A DNA stretch of 64,000 nt from Patescibacteria group bacterium (lineage in GTDB: Bacteria; Patescibacteriota; Patescibacteriia; UBA11705; DATKZF01), in the NCBI GenBank assembly GCA_049319825.1, contig JBMORT010000006.1, forward strand, positions 16,012 through 80,011, given 5' to 3'. The notes under the pieces are model-generated. The model saw only the letters and a list, made by a program, of their open reading frames with translations, did no database searches and was not told the origin of the DNA. Of the stretch, positions 57,944 to 64,000 are shown one piece after another (positions within the stretch are counted from its first letter, which is position 1; the number at the start of each line of letters is the position of its first letter). Made by a program: the position numbers and the translations under genes.

Positions 57944-58009
57944 TTGTTAATCGTTGATTCAAGTTACCTGTTGCGTGCCAGGTGATCCAAGGCGCATGCT
58001 TCATGACTA

Positions 58010-58085
58010 AGGGCTGATAGCTCAGTTGGTAGAGCGCTGCGTTCGCATCGCAGAGGTCAGGGGTTCGACTCCCCTTCAGTCCACC
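58010..58085 (+). tRNA. tRNA-Ala (anticodon CGC), with the G3:U70 identity pair
   Basis: Acceptor gggctga/tcagtcc, anticodon loop ttCGCat, T-loop ttcgact, CCA encoded. Confidence 0.95.
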
Positions 58086-58225
58086 AGCCTTCGCCCTGAG
58101 CGAGTCGAAGGGCAATGGCCTGTCCGCCGAAGCGACTGCGTAGGCGGGCTGGCAGGCCAGCGCATTTTTAAGCCCATTAAAATTATAAATTGTTTCATGA
58201 TCCATGCTACATGTTATATGAAAAG

Positions 58226-58312
58226 GCCGGAGTGGTGAAATTGGTATACACGCAGCGTTCAGGTCGCTGTGAGCGCAAGCTCATGGAGGTTCGAGTCCTC
58301 TCTCCGGCACCA
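58226..58312 (+). tRNA. tRNA-Leu (anticodon CAG), long variable arm
   Basis: Acceptor gccggag/ctccggc, 3-bp D-stem, anticodon loop ttCAGgt, 15-nt variable arm, CCA encoded; 87 nt. Confidence 0.9.
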
Positions 58313-58513
58313 GCCTTCGCGCCAGCGAAGCCTGTCGTTCGTAGCTTTAGGGAAGAACGACCGAATTAAAAAAAGACTCATTTGAGTTTTGTTTTTTTTT
58401 GGGAACAAATTCAATACTTTTATCAAATAACTTTGCGGTGGCCACTCACTTGATTTGTCTGGGGAATTGTGATAAAAATGAAAGTCGGAAAATGAAGGAA
58501 AAAGGAGGCTGAC

Positions 58514-59902
58514 ATGGGAGACATGGGACGGAGCGCTGGCAAGCAAAATTTACGTTCGAGAAAGTTCAAGAAAAGCCAGCGCAGGATAAGGCTGGAATTG
58601 CTTCAGCGGCACTTCATGAACATGAGGTTTACTGCTAGAGAGCTTTTTGAAGTTGCTGAAGGCGAATTTAAAGCGCTGCCTAACGTTGGTCAATTCCTGG
58701 CAGAGGAACTCGTCAAGGGCACGGTCAGGCAACCTGAGGCAGGGCTGTTTGTGCTCGTGTCTGCCGCCGCCGAGTTCGAAGCCATGGATGCTTCGGCTAA
58801 TGGCGGGCGGCATTATCAGGATCCCGGTGTCCGCCGGGTCATTGACGAAGAAGATTCCAGGAACGCGTTGAAAGAGTTTTTCCTGCTTCTTTCATCCGCA
58901 GAAAGAGCTTTTACGATCAGAGAGCTGCAGGCAAGTGGCCAATTTTTTCGGCAGTACACCGTCTCAGCCATTGGTGACTGGCTGGTTAAGCGTAATGAAA
59001 TCGAAAGACTGGGCAACGGATCTTACCGGCTGACTCGGAGCGGTCGCAAAGCCTGGGCAAAGTACATCACCAAAATCAATGCCGAGCCCGCAGGAACTGC
59101 TATCGGAGAGCCGGCGGCAATGCCGGAGACAGTCGCCATCACTGTGGCACAGCCGGAGACGCGGCCAGCAGCCTCGCCAGAAACGGTCGAACTTCCGGCG
59201 GTCACTTCTTTGCCTATTTTGACCGGTCCCAGAAAGCTTGTCTGGACAGACAGACCGGAAAATCAGGACAAGATACTTTTAGCCATGGCTAGAGTGGCCG
59301 AGAAAAGGCAAAGCTATATTCAGCTCGGAATCCCCGCGCCGAATCTGAGCGGCAGCGCGGGCTGGCGATGCCTGTTTGATTTTTTGTCAGCGCCGGATCG
59401 TCCCAGTTATAAGGCTGTTTGCATCGGCTATCGAAAGCTCGAGGCTCGGGGAATGCTTGAATATATTGATAAAAACACCCTGAAGCGTTGGCTGATCACC
59501 GAAGCTGGCTGGAAGCTGATTAAATCCTTCCGTGAAAAAGCAGAGCCTGAGCCGGTTGAAACAAAAGCTACTGAAGTGCAGACAGAGCCGGTCACTGAAA
59601 AAGAAGTTGAAGCCGAGCCGGCCGCTCCAGAGCCGCCCGTCTCGAGAGATTTCGACATTTCGCTGCCGCCCACTTCTGCAGTGGTCTCGGCTAGCATCAA
59701 GTCGCTGCAAAAGCATCGCGACGCAGCGCTTGAATCGCTCCGGGCCGCGCAAGAAAATCTGGATGCCGCACTGCTGGCCGAAGGAGCTCATTGCGCGACA
59801 AGCATTGTGGACTCTTTGAAAAAGATTGGCTTTCACAGAAATATGCGCCTGTTGTCTCTTCTTCTGGCGCTGGAAATTGACAAAGACCGAAACGCTGAGT
59901 AA
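58514..59902 (+). CDS. hypothetical protein with two winged-helix-like segments separated by a Pro/Glu-rich linker (462 aa)
   Basis: AAGGAGG RBS. wH-like ...FTIRELQASGQFFRQYTVSAIGDWLVKRNEIERLGNGSYRLT and ...YRKLEARGMLEYIDKNTLKRWLITEAGWKLI. GC is about 55%. Confidence 0.6.
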   Translation: MGDMGRSAGKQNLRSRKFKKSQRRIRLELLQRHFMNMRFTARELFEVAEGEFKALPNVGQFLAEELVKGTVRQPEAGLFVLVSAAAEFEAMDASANGGRHYQDPGVRRVIDEEDSRNALKEFFLLLSSAERAFTIRELQASGQFFRQYTVSAIGDWLVKRNEIERLGNGSYRLTRSGRKAWAKYITKINAEPAGTAIGEPAAMPETVAITVAQPETRPAASPETVELPAVTSLPILTGPRKLVWTDRPENQDKILLAMARVAEKRQSYIQLGIPAPNLSGSAGWRCLFDFLSAPDRPSYKAVCIGYRKLEARGMLEYIDKNTLKRWLITEAGWKLIKSFREKAEPEPVETKATEVQTEPVTEKEVEAEPAAPEPPVSRDFDISLPPTSAVVSASIKSLQKHRDAALESLRAAQENLDAALLAEGAHCATSIVDSLKKIGFHRNMRLLSLLLALEIDKDRNAE

Positions 59903-60031
59903 TATCTCGGTGTTTTTTTAATGTTGTGCCCGCGATTCATTGAAAAAATATGTCGATTATAGTTTTTTACTTGACATTATCCGTTAATAAGATAAAATAA
60001 AGCGTTCCGGCAACCAGGAAGGGGTAACGAG

Positions 60032-60445
60032 ATGGAACCAGACATGATGATAGTCAGCAATGAAAACGATTCCTCGGTCAAAGCGATTATTAAAGCCCGG
60101 CGGTTGATCGATCGACACGCCCGGGCGATTTTGCGGAACAATCCTTCTTGGGAAGATTTAAAATTCGTGATCGAGTACGCCGGACAATATCAAGTCAAGG
60201 CCGCAAGAATTGCCATGAAAAAATTTCCGGATAATTACGAAGTGCTTCGGTTTATTATTCTGCGGGTACCGGAGCTGAAAGATCGCTGCGGCCGCATATT
60301 GCTTGCTTGGCCGTCGCTTTGCACTATCGGACACAAATTGATTTTAAAACACGTGCCCAACCTGCGAAAGCAGGCCGCACGCGGATTAAGACAATTTCAG
60401 CTGACCGGTCTGGATCGGCAGGCGGTTGATCGCTACGATATTTAA
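60032..60445 (+). CDS. hypothetical protein (137 aa)
   Basis: GGAAGGGG RBS, with a terminator downstream. Confidence 0.55.
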   Translation: MEPDMMIVSNENDSSVKAIIKARRLIDRHARAILRNNPSWEDLKFVIEYAGQYQVKAARIAMKKFPDNYEVLRFIILRVPELKDRCGRILLAWPSLCTIGHKLILKHVPNLRKQAARGLRQFQLTGLDRQAVDRYDI

Positions 60446-60453
60446 TTTGAAAA

Positions 60454-60484
60454 AGCACTGAAAAATTCAGTGCTTATTTTATTG
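60454..60484 (+). terminator. rho-independent terminator (agcactgaa-aaa-ttcagtgct plus a T-rich tract)
   Basis: 9-bp perfect stem. Confidence 0.6.
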
Positions 60485-60805
60485 TGTTCATTGGAATTCA
60501 AATTACGCTTTGTTCATTCGGCTCAAGCATTTGGTGCAAATTTTTATGCGCTTGCCGCCGATTTTTTTGGTTTGAAGATTCGGCAGCTGCCTGGTTTTGG
60601 TAATTTGCATCGAATGGCTTCTTTTTATCATCACTTTCGGCCCTTTGCCGCATATTTCGCAGGATTTCATATATTATGATATGGTTAGTAGTTAAACATC
60701 GGTCATTGGGGAATAGATTTTTCCCAATTATTATGGAATAATGATACGTGACTTTGTAAATAAATTATGGAAAAATTTTAGCACATATGATAAAATAAAG
60801 CAAGT

Positions 60806-61447
60806 ATGATGTTATCATTATTATTCCAACAACCAATATTATTCATTGCCTGGGCCGCGGCCATCATTATCGGCATTACCATCCACGAATTCAGCCATGC
60901 TCTAGCCGGAGTCTGGCAGGGAGATCCAACGGCCAAAGTCAGCGGTCGGCTAACTTTAAATCCGTTGGCCCATTTGAGCGGCGTCGGTTTTATCATGCTG
61001 CTGTTAGTGGGGTTTGGTTGGGGAAAGCCGGTTCCATTTAATCCGTATAATTTGAAAAGCAAGCGCTGGGGGCCGTCAATCATCTCCCTGGCCGGTCCGG
61101 CTTCAAATTTAATCATGGCGGTGTCGGCCGGCGGCATATTGAAGACGCTGGTGACATACACCGATTTGCCATCAGAAAATTTATTATTGCAATTCTTAAA
61201 TTTATTGGTAATAATAAGCTTGGTATTGATGATATTCAATTTGATTCCGATCCCGCCGCTTGACGGCTCAAAGGTCTTGTTTTCCGTTCTCGATGCGCCC
61301 AAATACAGCCACTTTAAAACATGGCTGTCGGTTAAAGGGCCGTTAGTGCTGGTTTCCGTCATATTTTTAGACTATTTGTTCAATGTCAACTTGTTCGGTG
61401 GCCTTTTTCAGCTGATTATCAACAGTGTCTATAAATTCATTTATTAA
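60806..61447 (+). CDS. site-2-protease-family (M50-like) membrane zinc metalloprotease
   Basis: HEFSHAL HExxH motif in a TM segment, and a second motif LIPIPPLDG; 213 aa. Confidence 0.7.
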   Translation: MMLSLLFQQPILFIAWAAAIIIGITIHEFSHALAGVWQGDPTAKVSGRLTLNPLAHLSGVGFIMLLLVGFGWGKPVPFNPYNLKSKRWGPSIISLAGPASNLIMAVSAGGILKTLVTYTDLPSENLLLQFLNLLVIISLVLMIFNLIPIPPLDGSKVLFSVLDAPKYSHFKTWLSVKGPLVLVSVIFLDYLFNVNLFGGLFQLIINSVYKFIY

Positions 61448-61454
61448 TAAAATT

Positions 61455-61757
61455 ATGGTGGAAAAATTTGAAAGTGAAAACATCGATTTAGCGGCTCTGC
61501 TTGACGCTTACATCGCCCGGTATGTAAAAGGGGAAGTCAGTCAGGAAAGATTAGCCGAGCTGAAAGCCAAATGGCAGGAAGCGGCCAAACTGACTTTGGC
61601 TGAACTTGAAGCGAAAAAAGTGATCGACTTGGAGCTGGTCAAAATGGTTAAATTCATCAATCAGTCAGACAGACCATCCGCGCCCAGGCCGGCTGGTGCC
61701 GCCGCGCTCGAGGTGCCGGGAGAATTTTCGGTATCACCAAAGAAAAAAGCTGCCTAG
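61455..61757 (+). CDS. hypothetical protein (100 aa)
   Basis: ORF downstream of the M50-like gene. Start chosen at MVEKFESEN, after the upstream stop. Confidence 0.4.
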   Translation: MVEKFESENIDLAALLDAYIARYVKGEVSQERLAELKAKWQEAAKLTLAELEAKKVIDLELVKMVKFINQSDRPSAPRPAGAAALEVPGEFSVSPKKKAA

Positions 61758-61772
61758 GTTTAGGTAGCTTTA

Positions 61773-62084
61773 TCAACACTCACTGACTTTGGCCATGTTT
61801 AGGCATTGAGTGATGCCTAAAGTGGTATGCTCGAGCACCGTCAGTTTGATTTGGTTGTTGTCGAGCTGGAGCAGCTGGTATGTAAAGAATCCCAGCCGCC
61901 ACTCCCAGGACCGAAAGTACAAATGAAGCGGATATTCCGCGGTATGGTAAATGATCAGCTCGGCTAGGCGCCGGTCGTTAATGTCCGTCAATTTTTCAAG
62001 TAAATATTCAAATTGGCGCTCTGCGGACAGCCGATTGAGTCGATGTAGCCGGGCAATCAGCTGTCGTTTTTTTTCCTGATCCAT
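61773..62084 (-). CDS. hypothetical protein (103 aa)
   Basis: G-rich RBS; no recognised motif. Confidence 0.45.
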   Translation of the reverse strand: MDQEKKRQLIARLHRLNRLSAERQFEYLLEKLTDINDRRLAELIIYHTAEYPLHLYFRSWEWRLGFFTYQLLQLDNNQIKLTVLEHTTLGITQCLNMAKVSEC

Positions 62085-62325
62085 GCCTCCCCCTGTCCAG
62101 CAGCTGTTTTAGGGATTATGCAAGTTTAAGCATAAATGAAATTTTTGTCAAGGTTTGGGGACAATTTACCAAAGCATGCTTGACGTTGAAGAATAATAAT
62201 GCTAAAGTCTGGTTAGATATTTTATTTAGTAATGGAGTAATTGTTACTCTGTTTTTTATACAACTCGATGCAAATATGCTCCTGGGCATTGCTCCGGGCA
62301 GGTATATTAACATCGACATATTCGT

Positions 62326-62745
62326 ATGGCGAGAATTAGTCAATTAGTAAAAAAGAAAAAAAGGCTGACCAAAGCAAAAAAGTCGAAGACCCCGGCGCTG
62401 CAGACAGTCTTTAATACGTTGCGACGAAAGAGAACCATCTTATCGGAGGGATCTCCTTTTAAGCGTGGCGTATGCTTGAAAGTAACCACCATGACGCCGA
62501 AAAAGCCAAACTCGGCTCTGCGAAAAATCGCTCGTGTCCGTTTATCCAACGGCAACGAAGTAACCGCGTATATTCCGGGCGAGGGGCATAATCTTCAGGA
62601 GCACTCGATCGTCCTGTTGCGCGGCGGCAGAGTTAAAGATCTGCCGGGTGTTCGCTATCACGTCGTTCGCGGAGTTTACGATACGGTCGGCGTGGACGGT
62701 CGCAAGCAAAGCCGTTCGAAATATGGAGCTAAAGTAGGAAAATAA
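62326..62745 (+). CDS. rpsL: 30S ribosomal protein S12, with an N-terminal basic insertion of about 15 aa
   Basis: [10 protein letters not shown]...[16 protein letters not shown]...[14 protein letters not shown]...QSRSKYGAK. Confidence 0.9.
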   Translation: MARISQLVKKKKRLTKAKKSKTPALQTVFNTLRRKRTILSEGSPFKRGVCLKVTTMTPKKPNSALRKIARVRLSNGNEVTAYIPGEGHNLQEHSIVLLRGGRVKDLPGVRYHVVRGVYDTVGVDGRKQSRSKYGAKVGK

Positions 62746-62821
62746 TATATCCCTTAATTTCTCCGCCAAGGGCGGATCCGCCTCCGGCGGATAATTTCCA
62801 ATTCCCATTTTCCCAATTTAT

Positions 62822-63313
62822 ATGAGAGGCAAAAAAGCACCAAAGAGAAAACTTAAACCAGATGCCAAACACGGCAATATTCACGTGGCTAAATTTATCA
62901 ATTATATCATGAAAGCCGGCAAGAAATCAGTGGCCGAATCCGTTGTCTACGGCAGTTTTGAAATTATTGATCAATCTATAAAAAAGGGGCAGGTCGGTAA
63001 AGAATTCAAAACCTCGCTTGATGTTTTTGAGACGGCCATAAAGAATATCATGCCGCAGATAGAAGTTAGAGGAAAAAGAATCGGCGGCGGCAATTATCAA
63101 ATTCCGTATCCCGTGCGCGGCGATCGTAAATATTCGCTGGCTTTTCGCTGGATAATCGAAGCGGCGAAAAATAAAAAAGGCAAATCGATGGCTGAAAAAT
63201 TAGCCAATGAATATATCGCCGCCATTAAAAACGAAGGCGACGCCATCAAAAAGAAAAATGACGTGCAGAAAATGGCCGAGGCCAATCGAGCTTTTGCACA
63301 TTTCGCCCGTTAA
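62822..63313 (+). CDS. rpsG: 30S ribosomal protein S7
   Basis: Canonical S7 sequence; its position after rpsL is the conserved one. Confidence 0.9.
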   Translation: MRGKKAPKRKLKPDAKHGNIHVAKFINYIMKAGKKSVAESVVYGSFEIIDQSIKKGQVGKEFKTSLDVFETAIKNIMPQIEVRGKRIGGGNYQIPYPVRGDRKYSLAFRWIIEAAKNKKGKSMAEKLANEYIAAIKNEGDAIKKKNDVQKMAEANRAFAHFAR

Positions 63314-63459
63314 CGCGGACTGCCGCGGATTTGTTGCGGTCGTCCTCGCCCGTTTCATTGTTTGCCTGTTTGAAATTTACCTCTCCACCAATTTATTGAT
63401 CCGGAAAAATTTCCGCTATTAATTAAATTTTTCCTTTTTTATTTTATTTTTACTCTTTT

Positions 63460-64000
63460 ATGCCCAGAGAATATTCTTTAGAAAAAACCAAAAATATCGG
63501 AATTATCGCTCACATTGATGCCGGAAAAACCACGGTCACCGAGCGAATTTTATTTTACACCGGAAAAAAACATAAAATCGGTGAAGTTCATGAGGGGGAA
63601 GCGGAAATGGATTGGATGGATCAGGAAAGAGAGCGCGGTATCACCATCACTTCCGCGGCCACCACATGTTTTTGGAAGAATGTCAGAATCAACATCATCG
63701 ACACTCCTGGACACGTTGATTTTACCGCCGAAGTCGAACGCTCGCTCCGCGTTTTGGATGGCGGCGTTGTCGTTTTCGATGGCGTGGCCGGCGTGGAGCC
63801 GCAATCGGAAACCGTATGGCATCAAGCTGATAAATATAAGGTGCCACGATTGGCGTTCATCAATAAAATGGATCGCATGGGCGCGGATTTTGATGCTGAC
63901 GTCCGATCCATTCATGAAAGATTGACAAAAAGCGCTTTCCCGATTCAGCTGCCGATCGGCGCGGCCGAAACTTTTAAAGGCATCATCGATTTATTCGATA
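63460..64000 (+). CDS. fusA: elongation factor G, 5' part (the window ends inside the gene)
   Basis: [46 protein letters not shown]...DTPGHVDF. The ORF track missed it because no stop codon falls in the window; its 63515 ORF is in the wrong frame. Confidence 0.9.
   Translation, partial: MPREYSLEKTKNIGIIAHIDAGKTTVTERILFYTGKKHKIGEVHEGEAEMDWMDQERERGITITSAATTCFWKNVRINIIDTPGHVDFTAEVERSLRVLDGGVVVFDGVAGVEPQSETVWHQADKYKVPRLAFINKMDRMGADFDADVRSIHERLTKSAFPIQLPIGAAETFKGIIDLFD

Noticed and set aside
58259-58546. 95-aa minus-strand ORF
   Set aside because: It overlaps tRNA-Leu and the promoter/RBS region of the 58514 gene, with no coding signal.
63515-63925. 136-aa ORF from the track
   Set aside because: Wrong frame. 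The fusA frame starting at 63460 gives a textbook EF-G N-terminus.

Overview
This 64-kb window has a base composition of about 40-45% GC with a few local GC-rich blocks. It looks like a small-genome bacterial chromosome; a Candidate-Phyla-Radiation/Patescibacteria-like origin is an inference from gene content only. Housekeeping genes include type-2 ileS, ruvA, a U32 peptidase, a FemAB-family transferase, comEC plus a separate MBL-domain gene, ndk, uvrC/uvrA/uvrB, a class II CPD photolyase, rdgB, a TspO homologue, rpsL-rpsG-fusA (fusA runs off the 3' end), and tRNA-Pro(CGG), tRNA-Ala(CGC) and tRNA-Leu(CAG).

The most striking region is a cell-surface locus at about 12.5-31.2 kb:
- two paralogous secreted proteins share a conserved C-terminal '...YY[AV]IANF' end;
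- a secreted protein follows with a C-terminal transmembrane anchor (DUF916-like by pattern);
- a single 5008-aa ORF (15 kb) follows, built from YadA-head/tail-fibre-like beta-roll repeats, propeller-like repeats and a coiled coil, and containing a near-perfect 510-bp tandem duplication.

Other notable structure:
- a roughly 65% GC two-gene island at 0.65-1.85 kb, beside a tRNA-like 3' fragment, phased GTTAC iteron-like arrays and an 85-nt structured direct repeat;
- a RAYT/IS200-like transposase ORF between uvrA and uvrB, interrupted by an in-frame TGA and an in-frame palindromic insertion;
- tandem small-protein paralogues, one frameshifted at an A5 run;
- a promoter plus terminator-like leader upstream of a membrane-protein gene.

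No CRISPR array or rRNA was seen. All functional calls rest on my reading of the translated motifs; nothing was searched or computed externally.
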